From an uncultured bacterium (GTDB lineage: Bacteria; Margulisbacteria; WOR-1; CAVSGV01): a DNA stretch of 32,000 nt. Each line of letters begins with the position of its first letter. The first letter of the stretch is position 1. Shown here piece after piece: positions 17,842-26,889 of this stretch. The notes below the pieces were generated by a model. The model was given only the letters and a program-made list of their open reading frames with translations. It had not been told where the DNA came from and ran no database searches. The DNA is taken from contig OY969425.1 of assembly GCA_963699255.1 (NCBI GenBank), positions 90,001-122,000 of the forward strand, given 5' to 3'. Both the position numbers and the translations under genes were made by a program.

Positions 17842-18731
17842 ATGGAGCCCAGGGTCTTGATAATTATCCTGAACTGGAATGGCTACATTTACACAAAAGA
17901 CTGCCTCGGTTCATTGAGAAACCTCAATTATCCGAATTTTCAGGTCATAGTGGTTGATAACGGCTCGACCGATGGATCAGTTGAAAAGCTTAAAGCCGAA
18001 TTCCCGGATATTCTTTTGATCGGGAACAAAGAAAACCTGGGATTCACGGGCGGAAATAATGCCGGCATGAGGGAAGCCCTTAAGTCGGATCCGTCATATA
18101 TAATGCTTCTCAATAACGATACCGTGGTTGACCGGGATATGCTTTCGGAATTGGTTAGGGTCATTGGATCGGACCCCAAGATCGGCATGGTAGGCCCGAA
18201 GATATACTATTATGACAGGAAGGATGTGGTCTGGTCCGCGGGGACCTGGCACGACAGGCTCCTGCACAGGTTCAAGCTCATCGGGAGAGGGCAAAAAGAC
18301 AGGGGGCAATTTTCAAAGCAAAGAGATGTTGACGAGCTTACCGCCTGCGCGATGCTCATAAGGAGAGAAGTGATAGAAAAGATCGGATATTTAAATGACG
18401 ATTATTTCAGAACGTCGGAAGATTCGGAGTATTGCATTAGGGCGAAGCGCGCCGGGTATAGACTGGTGTTCGTCCCCACTTCGGTCATATGGCACAAGGT
18501 TTCATCGACCACGGGAGGGGAGGAGTCCGCTCAGAACGTTTTTTATTCAACCAGGAACACCCTCTATCTGGTCAAGAAATTTTATTCGGTTCCCTGCCCA
18601 TAATATTGTCGAAATATTACATCAAGTGCTTTTTGTTCTATTTGCTCGGCCGAAAGGTAAAGGCAAAGGCATTGATCGACGCGGTCCAGGATTTCCGGCA
18701 CGGCAAAAAAGGCAAATCGGAAAAATATTAA
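17842..18731 (+). CDS. Glycosyltransferase family 2; reading frame broken near 18571-18603 (zero frame stops at 18603)
   Basis: 'VLIIILNWNGYIYTKDCLGSLRNLNYPNFQVIVVDNGSTDGSVEKL ... LLNNDTVVD'. Zero frame ends ...LVKKFYSVPCP*; the -1 frame continues LPIILSKYYIKCFLFYLLGRKVKAKALIDAVQDFRHGKKGKSEKY*, a plausible GT2 C-terminus. Confidence 0.75.
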
Positions 18732-18738
18732 CTTACTG

Positions 18739-20028
18739 ATGAAGAAAATTCCCGAATATTTGATATACCTTTTCGTTTTTTCCCTGATCGTAGATGCGTC
18801 AGGTTTCGGGTACATTTCAAGGGTCCCTGTTCTAATTCTGCCTTTTAAATATCTATTGCTCATAGCGATAACGGTATTCTCGTTATTCAGGATCATCAGG
18901 TTTTTCTTGACCGGGACGATCCCCGTGAACCATTATGCCACGTGGATACTGGGGATCCTTATGATACCTCTGGTTTTCGGCACGGTAGGCTTTTTCAGGG
19001 GCAATGACATCTGGCTCATATTCAAGGACACTTTCGGGATCTTGTTCTATTTATTCGCTCTAATGTTCGTGTTGTTCATTAACGAGAGAGAGCAGATAAA
19101 GAAGCTCTTGTTCACTTTTTTTCTTGCGACATTTGTTGTTAATTGCGCGGTAATAGTCCTTGAGATCCTGCTTGTTAAAAATGTGATCCCCCCCGACATT
19201 CTAAATATGTTCCTGGTGAACAACGAGCTTGGTTTCATATTTTATAACAGTCCCGGTTTTTACCGGATAATGCTGCGATCGGGCATTTTCACCCAGATCG
19301 GGATCATACTGGCAATGGCGCTGTTATTTTTAAAAGATCAGAACGTTCGAATAAAACTCTGTCTGTATTTATTCCTGGCCGTGTCCGTTGTATCTCTGAT
19401 CTGTCAGAACTCAAGGGGCTTTTGGGTGGCGACTTTAGTAGCTGCGCTATTAATGCTGGTTTTTCACAATAGATATCGATATAAGAGCGCCATGATATTG
19501 CTGATTTTTATTGTTGCCGGGATCTTGTTTGTTTTTTGGGGCCAGTTCGGGGTTTTTGACGAGATCCCGATATTGGGGAGGTTATATTCAACATTTGTCT
19601 TCGATGTTTCGGAGCCGTCAAATTATATGAGAGCGGTGCAGTTCGATTATTTGACGGCAAAAGTTGCCGAGCACCCCGTTATCGGCTCGGGGTATGGCGC
19701 AATGATATATGGGTTTTATGATAGCCCCGTTTTCGAGCTGGATTATCTGGCCCTGGTCATGAAGATCGGGATTCTCGGTTTTATTTACTGGTTCGGCCTT
19801 ATGTTCTATTTGATGAGGGATGCCTTCCGGAGCTATTTTTTATGCGGTGATAAATATCTTAAAACGGTTCAAATGGCGTTCATTTTCGCTTTGGTAAGCG
19901 TTTTTATCTTAAGCGCGACAGATCCATACCTATACGGAATACTTGGGAATTCCTGCGTTGTTTTGGCTATAATCGTGTTTAATATCGTTAAGGATTCGGG
20001 TGAAAGGAAGGTTCGTCAAAAGCTATGA
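18739..20028 (+). CDS. O-antigen ligase/polymerase-like multi-pass membrane protein
   Basis: About 10 hydrophobic segments; 'ICQNSRGFWVATLVAALLMLVF' and 'VIGSGYGAMIYGF' resemble the Wzy_C/O-antigen ligase region. Confidence 0.78.
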   Translation: MKKIPEYLIYLFVFSLIVDASGFGYISRVPVLILPFKYLLLIAITVFSLFRIIRFFLTGTIPVNHYATWILGILMIPLVFGTVGFFRGNDIWLIFKDTFGILFYLFALMFVLFINEREQIKKLLFTFFLATFVVNCAVIVLEILLVKNVIPPDILNMFLVNNELGFIFYNSPGFYRIMLRSGIFTQIGIILAMALLFLKDQNVRIKLCLYLFLAVSVVSLICQNSRGFWVATLVAALLMLVFHNRYRYKSAMILLIFIVAGILFVFWGQFGVFDEIPILGRLYSTFVFDVSEPSNYMRAVQFDYLTAKVAEHPVIGSGYGAMIYGFYDSPVFELDYLALVMKIGILGFIYWFGLMFYLMRDAFRSYFLCGDKYLKTVQMAFIFALVSVFILSATDPYLYGILGNSCVVLAIIVFNIVKDSGERKVRQKL

Positions 20029-20993
20029 TGGACGTGTCCATTTCAATAATCGCTTCGGATGAAAAGGATGTTCTGAGAAAATGCATTTACAGCATCAGGA
20101 ATACCGTCGGGAAAAACCTCGCGTATGAATTGATCGTGATCGAGAACGCGTCGACTGACGGTACCTGGCAGATGCTCAGATCCGAGTTCCCCGAAGTGAC
20201 GGTAATAAGGAATGAGGCCAGAAAAAGCTTCTGCCAGAACCATAACATGGGAATAAAAAAAAGCGCGGGCAGGTACGTCCTGATACTCAATTCAGACGTC
20301 TTTTTTCTGGACGGTTTCCTTGAGGAGCTTGTCAGGACGATCGAGCGTGATAAAAAGATCGGCGCTGTTATGGGTAAGCTTTTGCAAGGATATCCCGAAG
20401 ATCACGGGAATATCATCGATTCGACCGGGGTTCGCATATTCAGGAATCGGCGTACCATTGATAGGGGGCAGGGGGAGAAGGATAAAGGGCAGTACGATAC
20501 CGTTGAACCCATATTCTCGCCGAGCGGAGCGGCCATGCTGTGCAGGCGCGAGATGCTCGAGGACATAAGAATGGACGGCCAGTACTTTGACGAAACTTTT
20601 TACGCGTATAAAGAGGAGCTTGATCTGTGCTGGAGGGCCCGGTTATTCGGCTGGGACATGATGTATACGCCAAAGGCCGTGGCTTATCATTTAAGGGGGT
20701 GGGGGAAAGCCACCAAACGCCGGAACATCCCGAGGTTCGTGAGGCGGCATTCCTTCAAGAACAGATACCTGATGATGATCAAGAACGATCATCTGGCCAA
20801 CGTTATACGCGATATTCTCCCGATACTCTGGCACGAAGCGCAGTCTTTTGTTTATATGGTGTTCAGAGAGCCGCATTTGTTCCTGGGATGGATCCGGATA
20901 TTTGTGTTATTGCCGCTTACCCTGCGCAAAAGATCCGAGATAATGAAGAAGGCAGTGGTCGGGTCGAAAGAAATGGGCAAATGGTTCGTTTGA
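20025..20993 (+). CDS. Glycosyltransferase family 2
   Basis: 'SIIASDEKDVLRKCIYSIRNTVGKNLAYELIVIENASTDGTWQML', 'VLILNSDVFFLDGFLEELV', 'DETFYAYKEELDLCWRARLFGWDMMYTP'. Confidence 0.9.
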   Translation: MMDVSISIIASDEKDVLRKCIYSIRNTVGKNLAYELIVIENASTDGTWQMLRSEFPEVTVIRNEARKSFCQNHNMGIKKSAGRYVLILNSDVFFLDGFLEELVRTIERDKKIGAVMGKLLQGYPEDHGNIIDSTGVRIFRNRRTIDRGQGEKDKGQYDTVEPIFSPSGAAMLCRREMLEDIRMDGQYFDETFYAYKEELDLCWRARLFGWDMMYTPKAVAYHLRGWGKATKRRNIPRFVRRHSFKNRYLMMIKNDHLANVIRDILPILWHEAQSFVYMVFREPHLFLGWIRIFVLLPLTLRKRSEIMKKAVVGSKEMGKWFV

Positions 20994-21011
20994 ATGGATG
21001 CGTTTGAATAA

Positions 21012-21989
21012 CTAATTGTTTAAATAATATTTTATTGCTTTTTCAATCCCGGTTTTAAATTTAATTTTGTATTCATATCCAAGCTGTTTTAATTTTGTGG
21101 GATCTCCTACCCGGGAAAAAACTCCGCTTGGTTTGTCAGAAGTTCCTCGTATTTCAGGCGCATATCCGCAAATACCTGCAGCTATTTTTGCAAAATCAAT
21201 AAAACTGGTATGAATACCTGTGCACAAATTAACAGCCTCAGCATTATCAATTTTATCTATTGTTATTAATATTGCATCGATGCAATCATCGATATGGATA
21301 AAATCACGCATTTGTTCGCCTGTCCCCCAAACAGTAACAATTGGTTTCCCTTGATTAGCGATGACCCGCTTACAAATACTTGGGAATGGATAGGTATCAT
21401 CTTGATCTACTCCATAACCCGAAAAAGGACGATAAATAATTGATCTTATGCCGTTTTTCTGATGTGCCAGTTTGGCGAGATACTCACATGTCAATTTTGC
21501 CCAACCATAGCTCATATCTGGCATCCCAATGTTATTTTCAAACGAGACCATATCCTCAGTTAATGATTTGTGATCCGTTTTTTGTTGATATTCAACAGGG
21601 TAAGCCGCACTTGAACTAAAACATGCTGTCTTGCGTGGCTTTGTTTTCGCCGCCCACTCCCAGTATTCAGCGTCTATTGAAAGATCATCTGCAACTGCAA
21701 GCGGGTTGTTTTCGATCATTGATCTGCCGCCAACCATAGCGGCTAAATGAAAACAATAATCAAAATCAGTATCAAGGTGTTTATTGAAGTATTCTCGGCA
21801 ATCCATTTGATAAAAATGAAAGCTCTTGTAATCCAAAGGTTTAAACAACGGCCATAACTTTGGCGTTATTCCGCCGGTAAATTCAGCTATTTTATCGACA
21901 CAGTGGACTTCATTTCCATTTTCGAGAAGACGTTTAATTAAATGTCTCCCGACAAAACCCGCACCGCCTGTGACAAGGACCTTACGCAT
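21012..21989 (-). CDS. NAD-dependent epimerase/dehydratase (SDR)
   Basis: '[33 protein letters not shown]', 'SSSAAYPVEYQQ', 'YGWAKLTCEYLA'; AGGAGG just upstream of internal ATG at 21989, so the track start at 22013 is probably too early. Confidence 0.88.
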   Translation of the reverse strand: MRKVLVTGGAGFVGRHLIKRLLENGNEVHCVDKIAEFTGGITPKLWPLFKPLDYKSFHFYQMDCREYFNKHLDTDFDYCFHLAAMVGGRSMIENNPLAVADDLSIDAEYWEWAAKTKPRKTACFSSSAAYPVEYQQKTDHKSLTEDMVSFENNIGMPDMSYGWAKLTCEYLAKLAHQKNGIRSIIYRPFSGYGVDQDDTYPFPSICKRVIANQGKPIVTVWGTGEQMRDFIHIDDCIDAILITIDKIDNAEAVNLCTGIHTSFIDFAKIAAGICGYAPEIRGTSDKPSGVFSRVGDPTKLKQLGYEYKIKFKTGIEKAIKYYLNN

Positions 21990-22908
21990 TAAAATGCCTC
22001 CTATATAATTCAAAGGCCTTGATCGATTGCTCCGGCAAGTAATTTAATATTGCATTCGGATCTGAATAGATACTTGTAACAAGCTTTAGATTGTTTTCAT
22101 AACCGAGATATTCTCGCTTCATATCCACTACAAGGTCATGAATGTTCCTTTTTTGATAAACGGATGCTTTATTGAAGAATACTTTTGCACCAAGCGCTTG
22201 CACATAGTAAGCCGCCCATATGTCATCCATTCTGCCAATGTGCGGGAAAAGGAAATAATTACGCAATATTGATCGACTTAAGAATGTATTCTGCGAATTA
22301 AATGGAGCGATCTTGTTCGATGCTATCGGAAATACAGAAGGGTCAAAATTGCATTCAGGAGCGTATATCATCCTGCAAACCGCATCAATATCTGGATCGC
22401 CATTCCAGAAATCAGCTTGTATCTCAAATTTCATCTTCTTTTTAGATATATTATTATATGAACGTTTAGGAATAAGCTGTAAAGGGTATCCCCGATGCCA
22501 TAAGTTTTTCTCATTAGTTGCTCCAACGGGGTCAAACACCGGTAAGTCCGTCTCAAAATAGTTCACCTCGATCGTCTCTCCAACCAATACGTTTTTGCCC
22601 CAATCTTCATACGGGATATTGTCATCATCAATAACGGCGATAATGTCCGCTCCCATTTCATATGCCCAGAGAAGGCCAAAATTGCGTCGCTGAATGCATT
22701 TCCATCCTATTGCTTCGGATAAGGCGCTGTCTTTCTTCTCCTGCATTTCCGGGGAGACATAGATGCCCCTTTTCAGTTTATAGTCAACAGGGGTTTTTAA
22801 ATCCCCAACTACTATCAATGTCCACTCATTCATCGCATCAAACTTTTCTATGGCTTCTGTCGGGCCATTTATTGTTGTTGTCACAATTACATTTTTTGTT
22901 TTTTTCAT
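21982..22908 (-). CDS. STELLO/DUF288-like putative glycosyltransferase
   Basis: 'WTLIVVGDLKTPVDYKLKRGIYVSPEMQEKKDSALSEAIGWKCIQRRNFGLLWAYEMGADIIAVIDDDNIPYEDWG' matches my recollection of the STELLO pattern (VGDLKTP ... RR/KNxGxLxA ... GA..I...DDDN). Confidence 0.55.
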   Translation of the reverse strand: MKKTKNVIVTTTINGPTEAIEKFDAMNEWTLIVVGDLKTPVDYKLKRGIYVSPEMQEKKDSALSEAIGWKCIQRRNFGLLWAYEMGADIIAVIDDDNIPYEDWGKNVLVGETIEVNYFETDLPVFDPVGATNEKNLWHRGYPLQLIPKRSYNNISKKKMKFEIQADFWNGDPDIDAVCRMIYAPECNFDPSVFPIASNKIAPFNSQNTFLSRSILRNYFLFPHIGRMDDIWAAYYVQALGAKVFFNKASVYQKRNIHDLVVDMKREYLGYENNLKLVTSIYSDPNAILNYLPEQSIKAFELYRRHFNA

Positions 22909-23666
22909 CTTATCCCTTTTCCGATCAAAAGCCTTTTATTCGAACAGAATAAAACCTTTAAACCTATCCCAAAATAAAGGAAATTTCTTAGAAATGTGTT
23001 CTTTGAACCCCCCTCAGTTCTCGCCTTCCATGCAACAGGGACCTCCACCACTTTTATGCCAAGTCGTAACGGTTTGATTATTGTTTCCAGCAAAAATGGA
23101 TGTTTCAGCTCTTCCCATCTTATTTGTTGGACAATATTTACGGGAAACAGCCTATAGCCGTAAGTCATATCGGTTAGATCCGTAAAATATAAGACAGAAA
23201 ACAATTTCTGAAACAAGAAGTTCAGGAAATATTTTAACTTACCGTAGCCGTAAAAGCCACCGCCTTTGATCCATCTTGAACCGGTGATGATCCGGTCAGG
23301 GTACTTTTTTGACTCAGATATAAAGTCTTTTACTTTATCTGGCGGAGTTTCCAGGTCGCTGGCCATCATCAATATGTGACTGCCGAGCGCATGCGAAAAT
23401 GCATCGCGCAAAGCTCCGCCAAGAAAGGGAAGGTTTTGCTTTAATATCTTTATTTTGTTGCCATATTTATTACGAAGCTTTTCGCATATTTCCAGGCTCG
23501 ACCGGCTTGTTTTTTCGCATACAACTATTATAAATTCAAGTACATCTGCACTGCAATCAGCCATTATTGTTTTTACAGTTATTTCTAAAGAGGTTGTTTC
23601 ATCTGTGACAGGTAAAATCACCGATAAAGATTCGAACCTTTTGTTCGCTGGCAGTAAGTTTTTCAT
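22905..23666 (-). CDS. Glycosyltransferase family 2 (polyprenyl-phosphate mannosyltransferase-like)
   Basis: 'FESLSVILPVTDETTSLEITVKTI', 'ILMMASDLETPPDKV', 'RIITGSRWIKGGGFYGYGKLKYFLNFLFQKLF', 'LTDMTYGYRLFP'. Confidence 0.85.
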   Translation of the reverse strand: MKNLLPANKRFESLSVILPVTDETTSLEITVKTIMADCSADVLEFIIVVCEKTSRSSLEICEKLRNKYGNKIKILKQNLPFLGGALRDAFSHALGSHILMMASDLETPPDKVKDFISESKKYPDRIITGSRWIKGGGFYGYGKLKYFLNFLFQKLFSVLYFTDLTDMTYGYRLFPVNIVQQIRWEELKHPFLLETIIKPLRLGIKVVEVPVAWKARTEGGSKNTFLRNFLYFGIGLKVLFCSNKRLLIGKGIR

Positions 23667-23926
23667 TTAAGCAATAATCGCATGGTCAATTTGTTGATGC
23701 ATTATACTATATTAAAACGTTTAAATTAAGCAAAAGTCAAATCAATTAGTCGAATATTTATGATAGAATACAACCAATGTTATCAATACGCATGATCCTT
23801 TTGAGCGTCGGAACGATATGCTAAGCTGGCGTCTGAGAAAAAATCGAAACGAGAAAACCCTATAAGACCAACCAGCAGATGTTGCGTTGCAAGACTGGGG
23901 ATTCCCGTGCTTTTACGGAGGCAAAG

Positions 23927-25426
23927 TTGAAAAAAACAATATTGATCGCATTGGCCGCGCTAATCCTTGCAAGCTTGATCTTTGTATTTTATTCTTCTGC
24001 ACTGAAGTTGAATTTCTTATACGGTGATGATTATAATATTATCAAAGCAAGTTACTTGAATCCCGCACAATATTATTTGGGGAACTGGACGGGCGGCCGC
24101 GGGGTGGGAGGCTTTTACCGGCCGGTAATTATTTCATCGGTCAAGTTGGGTGATTTTTTGTGGGGGATCGGGCCTTTCGGATATCGTCTGTCCAATTTGA
24201 TTCTCCATGTAGCGTGCACTTTTTTTGTGTTTTTGATCGCATACCATGTCCTGAATAGCTATTTATTTGCGTTGTCCTCCGGAGCCTTATTTGCCATATT
24301 GCCGCTGAATGCAGAGACAGTGAATTGGAGCAGGTGCGATCTGGTAGCGACAATGTTCTATCTGGCGGCTTTTTATTTTTATTTATTATATTCAAAAAAG
24401 AGGTATAAGTGGGGCCTTTTGCTCTCGCTCTTATCCTTTGTTCTTTCCCTGGGATCAAAGGAATCCGCATTGTCACTGCCTTTAATCATTTTTGTTTATG
24501 AGTATTTGAATAACGGCTTTAAGAATATAAGCAGAATCATCGGGGCTTACTTCCTTGTCCTTATTCCATACTTTATTCTAAGGTATTTTTCATTGGGAAC
24601 ATTTTTTGGCGGTTATAAGGTAGGCGTTTTCAGCGCGATCACACATGCGCTTTTTGGGTATTTAAGGACTTTCCAGCTGGTGGCTTTGCCTTTCATACAG
24701 GAGAGGATTTTATTGTATTTTATTCTTGCGCCCTTGATCATTCTGGCGGTTTTGATTTTTATGGTTCATTACGTTAAAAGATACGATCCTCCAAAAACCT
24801 TTTATTTTTTCTTGATATGGCCGCTAATAACCCTTTTACCGGCTGCCCACTTACTCCCCATAGGGTTTGATTTTCGTTGTTCAAGATTTTGGTATTTACC
24901 TTCCGCGGGCATATCATGGCTTATTGCTTATTTCGCTTTTGTTGAAGGATACGGAGCTCAAAAGAAAGTAATGGCGGCAAGCAAGGTCGCCTATCTGATA
25001 TTCTTTATTTACAGCTGTTTTTTCCTCGTTCAAATTAACAATGTCTGGATGAAGGCTTCGGATATGACCAGAATAATACGGCAAGAGGCGATAAAAATAG
25101 TAGAGCGCTACCCAAAAGGCTCCAGGATATGCTTCTGGAATATCACCGACAATTACAAAGGGTGTTATGTCGGCATGCCGTTCTTAGAGCCGCCGTTTTA
25201 TGAAAGCCGATGGATCATCATGGGGTATCAAAGTGATTATTTGTCTTATTCGGACATATCGAAAAAGATCGATGTCAATGAATACGATAATTATGTTTAT
25301 AACGCATCGGAAGGGCGGTTTAATAGGGTTGCTCCGTCGTATATTAAGCGAAACGATGTCCCAAGGGTTGTTGATGATTTCAATAACTTGAAAAGATTCA
25401 AGGCGTTCTTAAAGGGGATAAAATGA
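23927..25426 (+). CDS. GT-C-like multi-pass membrane glycosyltransferase
   Basis: 'FLYGDDYNIIKASYLNPAQYYLGNWTGGRGVGGFYRPVIISSVKLGDFLWGIGPFGYRLSNLILH' with many TM helices. Start set to TTG 23927, preceded by GGAGG at 23917-23921; the track start at 23879 lacks this. Confidence 0.75.
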   Translation: MKKTILIALAALILASLIFVFYSSALKLNFLYGDDYNIIKASYLNPAQYYLGNWTGGRGVGGFYRPVIISSVKLGDFLWGIGPFGYRLSNLILHVACTFFVFLIAYHVLNSYLFALSSGALFAILPLNAETVNWSRCDLVATMFYLAAFYFYLLYSKKRYKWGLLLSLLSFVLSLGSKESALSLPLIIFVYEYLNNGFKNISRIIGAYFLVLIPYFILRYFSLGTFFGGYKVGVFSAITHALFGYLRTFQLVALPFIQERILLYFILAPLIILAVLIFMVHYVKRYDPPKTFYFFLIWPLITLLPAAHLLPIGFDFRCSRFWYLPSAGISWLIAYFAFVEGYGAQKKVMAASKVAYLIFFIYSCFFLVQINNVWMKASDMTRIIRQEAIKIVERYPKGSRICFWNITDNYKGCYVGMPFLEPPFYESRWIIMGYQSDYLSYSDISKKIDVNEYDNYVYNASEGRFNRVAPSYIKRNDVPRVVDDFNNLKRFKAFLKGIK

Positions 25427-26829
25427 AAGGCCCATTTAAAACCATTCGCTTGTTCCTTTTATTGTTTTTCCTTAACTTGATCATATTTGTCCGGGTCTTT
25501 CCTTCATTCTTTTATGTGGACGAGTTCGAGCTGATCTATTCACAGAGGTTCGGAAGTATACAAGAACTTATTTTCAGGATATTTGCTTCCTCGACCAGTT
25601 ATTTATTCCGCCCCATGTATTATCTAATGTTCGGCCTTTATTATAAGATATGCCTTTTTAACATGGCGTATTGTTACGCTTTGCCTTTCCTTGCCCATTT
25701 CATTGCGGCTATTTCAGTGTATTACTTTTTGTTAAGGGATGAAAACGATTCATCTTTTGCGGCGATCGGGTCGATCTTGTTCATCATATACTGCGGCGTT
25801 TGGGAGGCCGTTGGCTCCATATCCGGGATACTCTATCCCATGACGGCCATATTTTTATTGAACGCTTTCATCTGCTATTTCAACAGGCGATACTGGTTTT
25901 CGTTCTTGCTGTTTGCGATGGGATTGTTGACGCATGAAGTGTCCATCATGTTCGTTCCTTTGGTGCTGTTATATGAAAGGATGGTAAACAATAAGAGGAT
26001 GAGCTTAAGTTCATTTAAAGGCCTATATGCCAGCTCGCTTTTAACCATAGCTTTTCTTTTCTTTTATTTCTTCAAGAAACTTTTTTTCCATGCGGCGCCC
26101 ATGTCGGATAAATATGTTATAGGGCCGCATTTTTTTTGGAATGAACTGAATTACATAGCGACCTTATTTATCCCGATCATAACGAGTTATAGGATGCAGT
26201 CGGTATTACCGGGAACGATAATTAAAGCGATCGATCTCGCTAAACTTGGGGTCGTTTGCCTGGTTCCATTCGGCATTTTGGCCGTGTTCTTATATGGGCC
26301 GGGAAAAGCAAAATTTTTCACCTGTTGGGGCTTATTGACCTTGCTGCCCTTCTCGTTTTTTATTACCCCCGCGGTATCCCGTTATTTATATATTGCTTCG
26401 ATCGGATATATCGCGGGAGTGGTGTTATTTATTGATCATTTGCTCAGAAGCGACAAGTATAAAAAGATCGGCATTATAATATTTACGCTCTTATTCGTTG
26501 GGAACATTGGCGGGATGTACGCCTATCAAAAACTTTTTTATAATAAAAAGGAGGTCAGAAGACAGATAATAAATGATGTCATTGCTCAAGCCCCCAAGAT
26601 CAAACTCAATTCCCGTATATGCTTCATAGATTTGCCGATCAGGGATGATGAGATAAAAAACATGATATATCTTTGGTATAAAAGCGACAGGTACAAAATA
26701 TATACTATCAATGCTGATAATGTGCCTTACAGGCGGGGCTATGATCCCAAAAGGAGATATTCGTACGATTATGTTTTTGTCTATAATTGTGCGGGCGGAA
26801 GAACAAAGCTTGTGAACGGTCGCAATTGA
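25423..26829 (+). CDS. GT-C-like multi-pass membrane protein, related in layout to the upstream gene
   Basis: 'FYVDEFELIYSQRFGSIQELIFRIFASSTSYLFRPMYYLMFGLYYKICLFNMAYCYALPFLAHFIAAISVYYF', many TM helices. Confidence 0.72.
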   Translation: MKGPFKTIRLFLLLFFLNLIIFVRVFPSFFYVDEFELIYSQRFGSIQELIFRIFASSTSYLFRPMYYLMFGLYYKICLFNMAYCYALPFLAHFIAAISVYYFLLRDENDSSFAAIGSILFIIYCGVWEAVGSISGILYPMTAIFLLNAFICYFNRRYWFSFLLFAMGLLTHEVSIMFVPLVLLYERMVNNKRMSLSSFKGLYASSLLTIAFLFFYFFKKLFFHAAPMSDKYVIGPHFFWNELNYIATLFIPIITSYRMQSVLPGTIIKAIDLAKLGVVCLVPFGILAVFLYGPGKAKFFTCWGLLTLLPFSFFITPAVSRYLYIASIGYIAGVVLFIDHLLRSDKYKKIGIIIFTLLFVGNIGGMYAYQKLFYNKKEVRRQIINDVIAQAPKIKLNSRICFIDLPIRDDEIKNMIYLWYKSDRYKIYTINADNVPYRRGYDPKRRYSYDYVFVYNCAGGRTKLVNGRN

Positions 26830-26889
26830 TTTTTGTCTCTATCAATAGTAAAATCAATTGGTTTTAATAAGCCTGACGGAGAAAATTGT

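Noticed and set aside
22662-22952. 96-aa and 75-aa plus-strand ORFs over the STELLO-like and GT2 genes (22662-23077)
   Set aside because: Antisense to coherent minus-strand genes with overlapping stop/start junctions; no domain signal.
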